From NCBI GenBank assembly GCA_049322915.1, contig JBMOPW010000007.1, positions 116,236 through 180,235 on the forward strand: 64,000 bases of DNA. Direction: 5' to 3'. Shown here piece after piece: positions 27,653-37,851 of the stretch. The notes below the pieces were generated by a model, which saw nothing but the letters and a program-made list of their open reading frames with translations, made no database searches and had not been told where the DNA came from. Both the position numbers and the translations under genes were made by a program. The first letter of the stretch is position 1; every line of letters begins with the position of its first letter. The DNA is from Candidatus Zhuqueibacterota bacterium (lineage in GTDB: Bacteria; Zhuqueibacterota; Zhuqueibacteria; Thermofontimicrobiales; Thermofontimicrobiaceae).

Positions 27653-29338
27653 TTAGTAACCCAGAGCGACTCCGGGGCGTCTTGGATCGGATGATCCGGT
27701 GAATGTTCCAGTGTTTGAATCGATCATAATGAGCTGCACTCCGCCGAAGAACAAATCCATCTCCCCGTATTGTTCGATGGAATGCCCCATTGCTTTCAGA
27801 TGTTGCAGCAATGCCTCATCGAAACGGGATTCCACCGCGATGGCAGTGCCCGATTTCTGGCAATAAAATCGCGGGGCGGCATTAGCGAGGTGCGGATCTT
27901 TATCAAAATCGATCAGGTTACAAATGACCTCCACGAGCGTGGATAAAATGCGTCCCGCGCCGGGGGTACCCAGGACAATGGCCAGTTTGTCATCCCTGAA
28001 TAAAATGGACGGTGCGATGGTGGTTCTGGGCTGTTTGCCCGGCTGGGCCCGGTTGAGCGAATCGCCTTCGAAGAAAGTGGTCATCCCGTTGTTCAGCAAA
28101 AATCCGCACACGCTGATGCCTGAGCCCCAGAAGTGATTGAGCGTCTGGGTGAGCGACACGGCATTGCCGCGGGCATCCACGATGGAAATGTGGGTCGTGC
28201 TGCCCTCTTTGTCGTACGGCGCCGGCGCTGACGTTTTCAAAAATCTGGAAATGTCGCCGGCCGGCATACTTTCGGGATGAACCGGGTGGGCTTTGGCCAT
28301 GTCGATGGTTTCGAATCGGGCTCGGGCAAAGGATTTGGAAATGAGAATATCGTCGTAAGAAGGGTCGAATTTCGGATCGCCCAGATAGTGCAAACGGTCG
28401 ACGGAAGCGAGCTTCATCGCTTCGGCCATCACATGGAATGACGCGGGACTGGTGACGAAATCACCGGACTGGCGCAGATCGGTGAATTCGAGAATGTTGA
28501 GCGTTTCGAGGACAGTGATACCGGAGTGAGGCGGCGGCGAAGAAAAGATATCATAGCCGCGATACGTTCCGTGCAGCGGGGGCACCTCGCGCACCTGATA
28601 GTTCTCCAAATCCGCAGCGCGCAATCCACCGCCGGTGCGAATCATGACTGCCTCGATGGAGTCGGCGATTTCACCCCGATAAAATACGTCCGGTCCCTCG
28701 CTGGCCAATTTCTGCAATGTGGCTACCAGCGGGGCATTGCGGAGCCGATGGCCAGGTTCCGGCGGAAAATCATTCACCAGATAAGTCGTTCTGGTACGGG
28801 GATCCAGCAGCAGTTTGTCGTACGAATCGAGAATGATCTGGTGAAAGGCGCCATCGACTACAATGCCGTCCCTGATCTTTTCGATGACCAGTAAAACCAA
28901 CTCGTTCCACGGGATGGCGCCGTACTTGCTCAGCGCATAATGCAGCCCGGCCACGGTCCCCGGCACGAGGACAGATCGGGCGCTGCTGCTTTCATGCCGG
29001 GCATCGAATCCATCGGCCACCTTCTCCGGCGCGCAGGCGTAATAGTTGATGTAGGTCAGGGTATCCTGTTCACTCAGATAAACCAGCATGGCTCCGCCGC
29101 CGCCTAATCCCGATGCATGCGGCTCCACCGCGCCGATGACCAGCGCCGACGCGACGGCCGCATCAACGGCGTTCCCGCCGGATTTCAGGACTTCCAGCCC
29201 CAATTCAGATGCCAGCGGATGAGCGGTCACCACCATGCCGGAAGTTCCGGACGTATCGCTGCAAAACAACTCGCCATGAGAGAGCAGCGCGAGGAAAAGG
29301 ATCGCTATCAAAACAGACAGATTTTTTTTCATCATCAA
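27653..29338 (-). CDS. ggt: Gamma-glutamyltransferase (lid-loop-less, CapD-like)
   Basis: AHPLA, GGNAVDAA, EPHASGLGGG, VPGTVAG, TTHISIVD (catalytic Thr), LNN, GTPG, DPRR; signal peptide. Confidence 0.92.
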   Translation of the reverse strand: MMMKKNLSVLIAILFLALLSHGELFCSDTSGTSGMVVTAHPLASELGLEVLKSGGNAVDAAVASALVIGAVEPHASGLGGGGAMLVYLSEQDTLTYINYYACAPEKVADGFDARHESSSARSVLVPGTVAGLHYALSKYGAIPWNELVLLVIEKIRDGIVVDGAFHQIILDSYDKLLLDPRTRTTYLVNDFPPEPGHRLRNAPLVATLQKLASEGPDVFYRGEIADSIEAVMIRTGGGLRAADLENYQVREVPPLHGTYRGYDIFSSPPPHSGITVLETLNILEFTDLRQSGDFVTSPASFHVMAEAMKLASVDRLHYLGDPKFDPSYDDILISKSFARARFETIDMAKAHPVHPESMPAGDISRFLKTSAPAPYDKEGSTTHISIVDARGNAVSLTQTLNHFWGSGISVCGFLLNNGMTTFFEGDSLNRAQPGKQPRTTIAPSILFRDDKLAIVLGTPGAGRILSTLVEVICNLIDFDKDPHLANAAPRFYCQKSGTAIAVESRFDEALLQHLKAMGHSIEQYGEMDLFFGGVQLIMIDSNTGTFTGSSDPRRPGVALGY

Positions 29339-29392
29339 TGAGCCGTTTCAATGAATTGAACCCGGAAAACAGCGCGGTCCGCAATCAGTGCA

Positions 29393-29953
29393 TTATTTTT
29401 CTTCAGAAAAAATGTTCTTCAACTCGGCGCCGGCGTCCATGATTTTTTCGATATATTTCAGCGGGATTTTCTTTTCCCTGGCAATGCCGCTGAAAAAATT
29501 GTCATCGTCGCCGCTCTGAACCGCGATGATATAGTCGGCGTTTTCAGCCGATAGTTTATTGAATTCATCCGACAACTTCCCGCGCCGTGCTTTGCCGCCG
29601 ACATGCATGGTGATTATTTTCATGTTGGCAGCGCGCGCCGCCTTTATCAACGCATCCACGCGTTCCAACTCCTGGTTTTTATCGATCTTGGCGGCGCCCA
29701 ATCCCTTGGTGCTGCCCCCGGCGACCAGGATGAGCGCTGCATTGCCCTTCAGTACATCCGGCGTGGCCAATTTGTCGAATGCAAAGGCGATGTTGTTCTT
29801 CTGGGCCAGGATTTTCACCATGAGCGCATCGGCGCTTTGACCGGCAGCCGTGATGAGCACCGGCGGTTTCGCTTTAAAATCCGAAGCATGCGCCAGACAA
29901 ACGGCCATGAAAAGAATGAAAATCATCATACCATAAATTCGAAATACTTTCAT
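29393..29953 (-). CDS. DUF6305 family secreted protein
   Basis: Signal peptide; PVLITAAGQSAD, GGSTKGLGAA, MHVGGKARRG.LSD. Confidence 0.8.
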   Translation of the reverse strand: MKVFRIYGMMIFILFMAVCLAHASDFKAKPPVLITAAGQSADALMVKILAQKNNIAFAFDKLATPDVLKGNAALILVAGGSTKGLGAAKIDKNQELERVDALIKAARAANMKIITMHVGGKARRGKLSDEFNKLSAENADYIIAVQSGDDDNFFSGIAREKKIPLKYIEKIMDAGAELKNIFSEEK

Positions 29954-30290
29954 CATAATCTCCTGCATGTTAGTAGTAAATTATTCATGTCGAAACGATA
30001 ATTCGCCAAAGACGCGATGATTGACGTGATCGCCGGGTCGAAGTTTTTGCGTTGCGCATGTTGATTCCAGCGTGGCCCCGGTCTGGTTCTGACGCTAAAA
30101 CGCTTGTGCCCTGCGCGACCCACATCATCACGTTGTGAATTCACTTTTTGTTCAGATCGATTTTTATAAAAAACCCAGGTCATGATTCGACCTGTGGCAG
30201 TCATTTCACAATGTCCGTGCATTGGGGCAGCGTGTTTCTCTCTAAACGCCTGAAGCAGAGAGCGCGCCGGCTGTAATTATTTTTTTTACC

Positions 30291-31409
30291 TCAATTCAAA
30301 TACGCGCCCAATCCGGCTGCCTGCAATTCGAAATAGTCCGGGATGTTTTGGACGACGATGGACTCCCCAGGATGGTACTCATTCCAGACCTGAAAGATCG
30401 TCTGAAGCGCGGCCAAATGTCGTCCGACGCGCTCCACCATGGGAATGCCCTCGGCCGGATACTCCACCTCCAGCAGTCCGTGCTGAGCCGCTTCGTGATA
30501 AAAGCGGTCCTTGCCGCTCAGAACGACATCCTCTGTCAACCGGCCGTGATAGCGGCCCTGCACCGTATTGGCCGATTCCATGAGAATTGCCGGGATATTC
30601 AGAAAATCGCCCCATTCCCGGTGCGACAGGCCGTGGAAATTCTGCGGCGATGGTTCAATGTTAAAATTTAATCCCTGCATTTGCAGATTGATGATAGCCT
30701 CGCCGGCCAAATCCGACGCCAGGGGATGCGCGACCACCGCGTTGATGACCGGGTACTCCGGCGATGCCTCGTGTAAATCAAAGCCCAGGTCGACCTGTTC
30801 CTGTTTCATCAATTCCATGATAGCGAAAGCGATTTTCTCGGTCATGGCGCCATTGGGCCGGCCGGGATAGGATCGATTCAGATTGCGCGTTTCACTGCCG
30901 GAGAGCTTTTGGCCGGAGGGATAATGGAGATACACCTCAGGGTCTGGCCACTGATCCACGGGATTGGTGCAGCGCGAGCCGAAACGAAACCAGCGCTCCC
31001 CGTTCTTCCCATGAATGGTGAAACGCTGGGGATTCCCTTCCTGGGGATCGTTGTGGGTGAAGGCGCTGTTATTGGCGCGCGGAATGATGATGAATTGCCC
31101 CTGATCCACAGCGCAATTTTCAATCAGAAACAGAGCCGATAAAAAGCCAGCCGGCTCGTTGGGATGAGTCCCACCCAACAGCAGCACTGTGGCGCCGGCG
31201 GTTTTCCCGCGGAGCAAATAGACTTCAGTGTCGCCGTGGCTGTTTTTCAGATCGGGAAAATAGTCGCTCAGCATCCGCTTCTCCGTGACGCCTGGGCCGG
31301 GAAAGATCGGCTCCGGCTGACGCATTTTCAAAAATGATTTGGCAGAGACAACCGTGATGCCGATGCTGATCGCCAGAAAGAGGAGAGCTAAAAGTGAGTG
31401 GCGTTTCAT
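30291..31409 (-). CDS. Succinylglutamate desuccinylase/aspartoacylase-type (M14) zinc amidase, membrane-anchored or exported
   Basis: GGTHPNE, RNLNRSYPG, FDLHEASPEYP; N-terminal hydrophobic helix. Confidence 0.85.
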   Translation of the reverse strand: MKRHSLLALLFLAISIGITVVSAKSFLKMRQPEPIFPGPGVTEKRMLSDYFPDLKNSHGDTEVYLLRGKTAGATVLLLGGTHPNEPAGFLSALFLIENCAVDQGQFIIIPRANNSAFTHNDPQEGNPQRFTIHGKNGERWFRFGSRCTNPVDQWPDPEVYLHYPSGQKLSGSETRNLNRSYPGRPNGAMTEKIAFAIMELMKQEQVDLGFDLHEASPEYPVINAVVAHPLASDLAGEAIINLQMQGLNFNIEPSPQNFHGLSHREWGDFLNIPAILMESANTVQGRYHGRLTEDVVLSGKDRFYHEAAQHGLLEVEYPAEGIPMVERVGRHLAALQTIFQVWNEYHPGESIVVQNIPDYFELQAAGLGAYLN

Positions 31410-31417
31410 CGAATTCC

Positions 31418-31561
31418 CTATTTGATTAATAGTATGCGCAGCAGAAATGGAATTATCAGGATGATGTGCGTCAGTTGATCTTTCCAGTTTTTCTCGTGAA
31501 ATAAATCAACGATGGTGAGCACGAGAAACAGGGCTGTGATGAACAGATACACGATTTTCAT
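31418..31561 (-). CDS. 47-aa two-helix membrane protein (below the ORF-track cutoff)
   Basis: MKIVYLFITALFLVLTIVDLFHEKNWKDQLTHIILIIPFLLRILLIK* fills the gap between dctM and the M14 gene in the same orientation. Confidence 0.75.
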   Translation of the reverse strand: MKIVYLFITALFLVLTIVDLFHEKNWKDQLTHIILIIPFLLRILLIK

Positions 31562-31576
31562 GGTTCAAAACCTTTT

Positions 31577-32854
31577 TCAAAAGACCAGGAATTTTGCTAA
31601 CGGATTCGCGAACAGAATCATGCCAATCCCGTACAGGGCTATCAGCACAGCGTAGGGCAGGCAGACTTTGAGTATCTTGAAATAGCTTGGTTCACCGACA
31701 ACCTGGGCTGCGAAAATGCCTGCCAATGCTGTGGGCGGCATCAGATCGCCGAGGCTGGCGATGAGCGTGAGCCCCGAGGCAACGATGATTTCGTTTCTGC
31801 CCAGCAACGCCAGCAGGAAGGGCACGCCCAAAACGTAAGACGCCCCGTACGAAGAGATCGCGCCAAACAACGGCAGGCTGAACATGATACCGACAAAGAG
31901 CCAGAACGAGGGTAATTTCACGGCATTCACAATCAGATAGCCGCGCACCCCGGTCAGGCTCATGACCTGAATGAACATGCCGATGCCGATCAGAATTCCC
32001 ATCACCGGCAGCGCATTGTGAACCGCTTTGCGGGCGACTGTGACGAAGTTGAAGTCGCGGCCGGACCGATAGGCGGCCAGGCTGCCGATGAAGAAAATGA
32101 GCGGCATGCCCAGCGAGGTGTAATCGTTCGGGAAAATGCGGCTCACCAGCATGAGCACGATGACGATGCCGATTGGAATGAACAGTCGCGCGCTGCGATG
32201 ATCCAACTGGAATTCTGACATTTCAATCTTTATTTTTTCGATGTCGACGGTTCTGACGTAGCTGTAGCCCAGAAACAGCGTGGTCACAATGGCCAATGGC
32301 AGGGTTGCAAACAGAAGCGGCAGATCAAATCCAATATACGGCATGTCCACGCCGCCGCCGATGATCATGACCGGCACATTGATGGGCGGGGCGATCATCC
32401 CGTACAACGCGGCCATAGCGATGATGGCGCCGACTTTGACGCGGGGCAAGCCCAGATGCAGCAGCGCCGGAGCGACAATGGCGCCGGTGGTCAGTACGCA
32501 GGCTGACGAAAGTCCGGTGATCATGCCGGGGAACATGATGAACAGGGTGATCAGCGACAGCATCCAGAACGGCCTGTGATTCAGATGAATGATGATGAGG
32601 CGGCTGATTTCGCCTAATGCCCCGGTCTCTTTGATGATCTCCATAAATACCATAGCGGAGGCAATGATCAGAATCGCATCGAGGTACGCGAACGATCCTT
32701 CGACGAGATGACGCAGGGGTAAACCATACCCGCCGGCCAGGGCGCCAATGATGGATGAGATTGCGAGCGATACACCAATGGGAAATTTTCCTAAGAAAAC
32801 GGCAAGAGCAAAAGCAGCGATCATGAGAATGAGCAGGTAAAATTCTAACGGCAT
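31577..32854 (-). CDS. TRAP transporter large permease (DctM-like, IT superfamily)
   Basis: 425 aa, many TM segments; PGMITG.S, GMIAPPINVP, GDLMPPTA motifs. Confidence 0.85.
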   Translation of the reverse strand: MPLEFYLLILMIAAFALAVFLGKFPIGVSLAISSIIGALAGGYGLPLRHLVEGSFAYLDAILIIASAMVFMEIIKETGALGEISRLIIIHLNHRPFWMLSLITLFIMFPGMITGLSSACVLTTGAIVAPALLHLGLPRVKVGAIIAMAALYGMIAPPINVPVMIIGGGVDMPYIGFDLPLLFATLPLAIVTTLFLGYSYVRTVDIEKIKIEMSEFQLDHRSARLFIPIGIVIVLMLVSRIFPNDYTSLGMPLIFFIGSLAAYRSGRDFNFVTVARKAVHNALPVMGILIGIGMFIQVMSLTGVRGYLIVNAVKLPSFWLFVGIMFSLPLFGAISSYGASYVLGVPFLLALLGRNEIIVASGLTLIASLGDLMPPTALAGIFAAQVVGEPSYFKILKVCLPYAVLIALYGIGMILFANPLAKFLVF

Positions 32855-33034
32855 CAGATCTCCATCTTAACCTGTTTTACGTTGCTTGAAATGATTCATG
32901 GATTTTTAGGATAGCCAGATGATTGAATCATCAAAACACGCAGCGATGCAACCCGTGCGACTCTTGCCGCTGATTGAAACGGACAGCGCACGGTGCTTCA
33001 GCGATCTCGATGAAATCCAAATCTGAAAAGATTA

Positions 33035-33063
33035 AGTATACAATGAATCTGTGAAAAATGCAA
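33035..33063 (-). promoter_or_regulatory. Sigma70-type promoter of the dctM-ggt arm
   Basis: Minus strand TTGCAT-17 nt-TATACT. Confidence 0.6.
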
Positions 33064-33201
33064 GAAAAATTTCGATATAGCTGGCAGTGGATTTTCCAGG
33101 TGCGCTGTGACGAGTTACACCTGTATCGCTGCATATTTTTGCGCGTCCCGGCGCCGGTGAAATTATGTCGTGCAGGGAGCGATCCGGCGCAAAGTTTTTT
33201 C

Positions 33202-33230
33202 TTGACATTTATTTAATATTTGATTACAAT
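33202..33230 (+). promoter_or_regulatory. Sigma70-type promoter of the TonB-receptor arm
   Basis: TTGACA-17 nt-TACAAT. Confidence 0.75.
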
Positions 33231-33388
33231 TACTTGTGCAGCAAAACAAAGTTATCGATTCTCTCAATTCACATCCCTTGCCTTAATCAAAACAATTCCC
33301 TATCTATCCCGAAGGAGGTGGTTGCCTCAGACGAACAATTCCACAATTCACCATATCCATAACAACAATTTTATCAGGAGAACTCAAA

Positions 33389-34942
33389 ATGGCAAAGAGA
33401 GTTACAGTGTTTTTGATGAGTGTTATCTTTATCATGACGGCAGCTTTGGCGTTGGCTCAAGTTTCCCCTTCAAAAATAGCTCCGACAGATAATACCTATG
33501 GTATCAATTACAACAATGGGAGCTGCATCGATCGCGCTCCCAATGGTCAGGTGCTTTGTGTTTGGGCGACCGGCGACGCGTACAACAAACAGGTATTGTG
33601 GTCAATCTATGATAATGATTTTCTATTCTGGTGGACCCCGCAGGTGCTCGGGAATGGAAATGGGGATCGCACTACACCGACTGTCATCGCGGATGATATG
33701 AATCATTTCCACGCCACATGGAGCGATAATTACACACTCATGTATTCTCAGTTCGATGGCACAAACTGGACAACACCCACAGTCGTCTGGAATGATACCG
33801 TCGATGCCAATAAAAATAGCATCGTCATTGGCAGCGATGGGAAAATCTGGATTGCCTGGAGCACGTATCGGCAGGCGGATAATGTGAACGAGTGGCTGAT
33901 GATCTGCAACAGCACCGATAACGGCCTGACCTGGAACCCTCCTGACACACTGGCAAAAGATATGCACCCCGGAATCATCTCGTCCTATTTTTGCGTGCCT
34001 CATCTGGCAGCCGGACCCGATGGTAAAATTGCTGTCGCCTATCGGGAGAAGGACACCAATATCAGCGCCTTCTATCAGGTCTTTTATCAGGAATACAGCG
34101 GTGGCACATGGACGGATGCAGCTATGATTACGGATTATGCGCTCACTGTCGATTGCTATCAGGCATCGATCGAATATGATTCCAAAGGAAGATTGCATTG
34201 CGCATTTTACACGGATGAAGTGGACTGGCCCAGCGTGGATCTGGGACAAATTTATTACACCTGGAAAGATGAGGGCGGACTCTGGTCTGCTCCTGTGGCC
34301 ATTTCTCATGTAGCAGATGGAAAAGCCGATTATCCTGCCATTGCCATTGGCGATAATGACGCGCTCTACGTGACGTATTTGCAAAATAGTCCCGTCTCCG
34401 CCAGTGGCAAACTTCAGGTTTTTGCCGTCACGTCCGATGACCGAGGCACCACATGGAGCGATTCCGCTCGAATCAGCGACGGCACCGTGAACATGGATTT
34501 GCGCTCTGTCAGCATTGGCAAACATCCCCGAGCGACCGGCGCGAATTTCCAGGGCGGCGCTGATCTGTGCTGGATAGAACCGGATGTTTCAGAGCCGGAT
34601 GGTTACTCCCTGCACTACGGCCGCATTCCCTGGGTGGAAACGACGGGCGTTGCATCGAATAACAACCCGGATGTCCCGACGACATTCCGCTTGGGACAAA
34701 ATTACCCCAATCCATTCAATCCCACGACCACCATTCAATTCGATCTGAAAACTGCCGGACATGTCGAGCTGACAGTTTACTCGCTCACCGGCCAGCAAGT
34801 CGCACGACTGGCGAATGAAGCAATGCCTGCCGGGTATCATCGCGTGCAGTTCGATGCGACCGGGTTCAGTTCCGGAATTTATATGTACAAACTAACGACG
34901 GATAATTTCACTGCGACAAGGAAAATGTTGTTGCTGCAATAG
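33389..34942 (+). CDS. Secreted BNR/Asp-box beta-propeller protein with T9SS-type C-terminal domain
   Basis: Signal peptide; Asp boxes STDNGLTW and SDDRGTTW; C-terminal LGQNYPNPFNPTT...SSGIYMYKL...RKMLLLQ. Confidence 0.85.
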   Translation: MAKRVTVFLMSVIFIMTAALALAQVSPSKIAPTDNTYGINYNNGSCIDRAPNGQVLCVWATGDAYNKQVLWSIYDNDFLFWWTPQVLGNGNGDRTTPTVIADDMNHFHATWSDNYTLMYSQFDGTNWTTPTVVWNDTVDANKNSIVIGSDGKIWIAWSTYRQADNVNEWLMICNSTDNGLTWNPPDTLAKDMHPGIISSYFCVPHLAAGPDGKIAVAYREKDTNISAFYQVFYQEYSGGTWTDAAMITDYALTVDCYQASIEYDSKGRLHCAFYTDEVDWPSVDLGQIYYTWKDEGGLWSAPVAISHVADGKADYPAIAIGDNDALYVTYLQNSPVSASGKLQVFAVTSDDRGTTWSDSARISDGTVNMDLRSVSIGKHPRATGANFQGGADLCWIEPDVSEPDGYSLHYGRIPWVETTGVASNNNPDVPTTFRLGQNYPNPFNPTTTIQFDLKTAGHVELTVYSLTGQQVARLANEAMPAGYHRVQFDATGFSSGIYMYKLTTDNFTATRKMLLLQ

Positions 34943-34950
34943 TCTGAGCC

Positions 34951-34987
34951 AGAAAGGCATGGGGATCATCTCCATGCCTTTCTTTTT
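34951..34987 (+). terminator. Rho-independent terminator inside the operon
   Basis: AGAAAGGCATGGGGAT/ATCTCCATGCCTTTCT stem followed by TTTT. Confidence 0.75.
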
Positions 34988-35021
34988 GAAATAAACGGCC
35001 AGACCTTTAGGAGGAGATGAA

Positions 35022-37826
35022 ATGCGCAAAAAAAATATTGGTTTTCTTGTCGTCCTTATTGGGTTGTGCTCCACACTGACATTCGCCGGGACAACCGGCA
35101 AAATCGCCGGCACGGTTGTGGATAAAGAATCCCGGGAGCCGCTGATTGGGACGAATATCATTATCGTTGGTACACCCATGGGCGCTGCCACGGATATGTC
35201 CGGCAATTTTTTCATCAACAATATTCCACCGGGCACCTATCGATTGGAAGTGCGAATGATGGGATATAAGAGCGCCATGGTGAGGGATGTGCATGTGACC
35301 ACCGATTTGACCACCGAGGTGAATATCGCGCTGGAAATTTCCATCATCGAAGGGGAGATGGTGACCCTGGTCGCCGAAAGGCCTCTCGTGGAGAAGGATG
35401 TGACAGCAAAAATGGCTGTCGTTTCCGGACAGGATATCGCCGAGCGGATGCCGGTAGCGAATATTCAGGAAGTTCTGAGTTTGCAAGCCGGATTTGTAGA
35501 AGGCGAAAATGATGGCGCGCTGTTCTTGCGCGGCGGTCGGCAGGGTGAAGTGGCGCTTTATATCGATGGCGTTCTGGTGGAAGATCCCATCAATCGGGGA
35601 TTCGGCAGCGGCATCGATGTGAACATGGTTCAGGAGCTCTCGGTCCTCACCGGCGGCTTCAATGCCGAGTATGGCAATGCTATGAGCGGGGTGATTAACA
35701 TCACCACCAAAGAGGGGGGAAGCGAGTTTCAGGGTAAAGTGCAATTCGAGAGCCCCATGCTCAATGCCTCGCCGTATCACGAGGCGGACTGGATGCTCAA
35801 TTCGAGCCTCGTGGAGGGACTGACCGAACAGGAGAAATTGGAATACTACGACGCTGTGCGTTATTACTCCTCGCCGGACGATACCATCGGCACGTCGCGC
35901 TACAGCCATGTGAGTGTGCTGGACGATCCGGTTGGAAAAGAATTCGTCAAGATCCCCATTCTGGGACAGTTCAATGCCAGTTTGAGCGGCCCGGTTCCGG
36001 GACTGGCTGGCCTGAGCTTTTTCGCGTCAGGGCAATTCAGCAATCAAAACAGCTATTTGCCATGGGGCTTCGATTTGCAGCGGCAACTTTTTGGCAAACT
36101 GAGCTATAGTATTTCGCCGAAAATTAAACTGGCGCTGGATGTGCAGAACACGTGGAATTACCGTCAGGATTACACCCATGGCTACAAATACATTCCGCCG
36201 AGTTACAATGATCCGGACGATGCATTGAATTACAATTCCCTGCTCGTGGGCCAGCGCGGATTGATCCGGGAATTCACCGACCGGCAGGCGATTTCCCTGA
36301 CGCACACGCTGTCGCCGTCGACATTTTATACGTTCAATTTCCAGCGTCTCTTCCGGCGCGAGATGCAGAATATCATCGGCAAATCGTTCATTTACGATGA
36401 AGCGACCGGCGCCCTGGTGGACACAGTTCAATCCAGCTACGATAAATTGACCTACATTTTCGGCACTGAGACCGATTTCCAGGGGGGCGATGACCGCGAC
36501 TGGTATCGCAGCCTGTCCACCACGTACAACGCAAAATTCGATCTGACCAGTCAGCTTCACAAGAATCACCAGTTGAAAGCCGGTTTTGATTTCAAACAGC
36601 ACGACATATTTCGGCATGCGATTCGCGATCCGTGGCCGGGTGCGTTTCGCCATCGTCTGGAATACTACGAAAAAGATCCGTGGGAAGGGGCTATCTACGT
36701 TCAGGACAAAATGGAATACGATTTCATGATTCTGAACTTTGGCCTGCGAATGGATTATGCCCGCGCCAATGATACCTATTGGCCCGATCCCGGCGACATA
36801 CAGGAGACCGTGACGGTGGTGGACGAGTTCGGCAATTCCACCAAAGAGTTTCGGTTCAAAGAACGAGTCAAAGTGCCGGATCGCTACCAACTCAGTCCCC
36901 GCATTGGGCTGGCGCATCCGGTGACCGAACGGCTGGTTTTTCATTTTTCATACGGCCATTTTTTCCAGAATCCCAGCTACTATCATCTGTTCCGCAATGA
37001 CTGCTCCCTGCTAAATCTGGAAGAATCGGATGTGATTATTGGAAATCCCGGGCTGAAACCGCAGAAGACGGTGGCCTTTGAGGTCGGCGGGAAGTACCAG
37101 ATTTACGAGGACATCGCCCTGGATTTCACCGGATTTTACAAGGATATCCGCGACCTGACCACCACAAAATTCTTCGCGCGACAGCCTTACCACTACACTA
37201 TTTACATCAATGAAGATTACGGTCGCGTGAAAGGCTTTGACATCACGCTGACGAAAAAGTATTCTCATTATTTTTCCGGCAAACTCAATTACACTTATAG
37301 CGTCGCTCAGGGCAGCGGTTCCGATCCGCTGGCAGGTTATTATTACCGCGAGGAAGAAGCGTACCTGCGTCCGAAAAAAGAGGTGTATCTGGATTTTGAC
37401 CGCACCCATGATTTGTCGGTCAACCTGGATTTGCGGTTCCCCGATGAATTTGGTCCGCTCTTTTTTGGCAGGAAAATTTTCTCCAATACCGGTTTCAACC
37501 TGTTGTTTCAGTTGTCCAGCGGCTTGCCGTATACGCCCTCGGAACAGGGAGCGCTCAGCCTGGAGCCAAATTCGGAACGGAAGAACTGGGTGAATACAGT
37601 GGACATCCGCGCGGATAAATTGATTCAGGTGATGGGATTGGATCTGGTCGGCTACGTGAAGGTCACCAATTTATTTGATCACATCAATGTTCAGCAAGTG
37701 TGGGCAGCGACCGGCGATCCCTGGCAGAATGATCCGCAGTCCAATATTACCAAAGACCGCCAGGCCAATCCTGATAATGTGGGGCCGCGGCGCGATATCC
37801 GACTCGGCTGCTACATCAAATTTTAA
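35022..37826 (+). CDS. TonB-dependent receptor
   Basis: GTTGKIAG carboxypeptidase-regulatory-like N-domain, plug (LRGGR, YIDG, GGFNAEYG, SGVINITTK), barrel with NPGLKP and VTNLFD, C-terminal Phe. Confidence 0.93.
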   Translation: MRKKNIGFLVVLIGLCSTLTFAGTTGKIAGTVVDKESREPLIGTNIIIVGTPMGAATDMSGNFFINNIPPGTYRLEVRMMGYKSAMVRDVHVTTDLTTEVNIALEISIIEGEMVTLVAERPLVEKDVTAKMAVVSGQDIAERMPVANIQEVLSLQAGFVEGENDGALFLRGGRQGEVALYIDGVLVEDPINRGFGSGIDVNMVQELSVLTGGFNAEYGNAMSGVINITTKEGGSEFQGKVQFESPMLNASPYHEADWMLNSSLVEGLTEQEKLEYYDAVRYYSSPDDTIGTSRYSHVSVLDDPVGKEFVKIPILGQFNASLSGPVPGLAGLSFFASGQFSNQNSYLPWGFDLQRQLFGKLSYSISPKIKLALDVQNTWNYRQDYTHGYKYIPPSYNDPDDALNYNSLLVGQRGLIREFTDRQAISLTHTLSPSTFYTFNFQRLFRREMQNIIGKSFIYDEATGALVDTVQSSYDKLTYIFGTETDFQGGDDRDWYRSLSTTYNAKFDLTSQLHKNHQLKAGFDFKQHDIFRHAIRDPWPGAFRHRLEYYEKDPWEGAIYVQDKMEYDFMILNFGLRMDYARANDTYWPDPGDIQETVTVVDEFGNSTKEFRFKERVKVPDRYQLSPRIGLAHPVTERLVFHFSYGHFFQNPSYYHLFRNDCSLLNLEESDVIIGNPGLKPQKTVAFEVGGKYQIYEDIALDFTGFYKDIRDLTTTKFFARQPYHYTIYINEDYGRVKGFDITLTKKYSHYFSGKLNYTYSVAQGSGSDPLAGYYYREEEAYLRPKKEVYLDFDRTHDLSVNLDLRFPDEFGPLFFGRKIFSNTGFNLLFQLSSGLPYTPSEQGALSLEPNSERKNWVNTVDIRADKLIQVMGLDLVGYVKVTNLFDHINVQQVWAATGDPWQNDPQSNITKDRQANPDNVGPRRDIRLGCYIKF

Positions 37827-37851
37827 TGTGAATCTAATGAAGGAACGTGCA

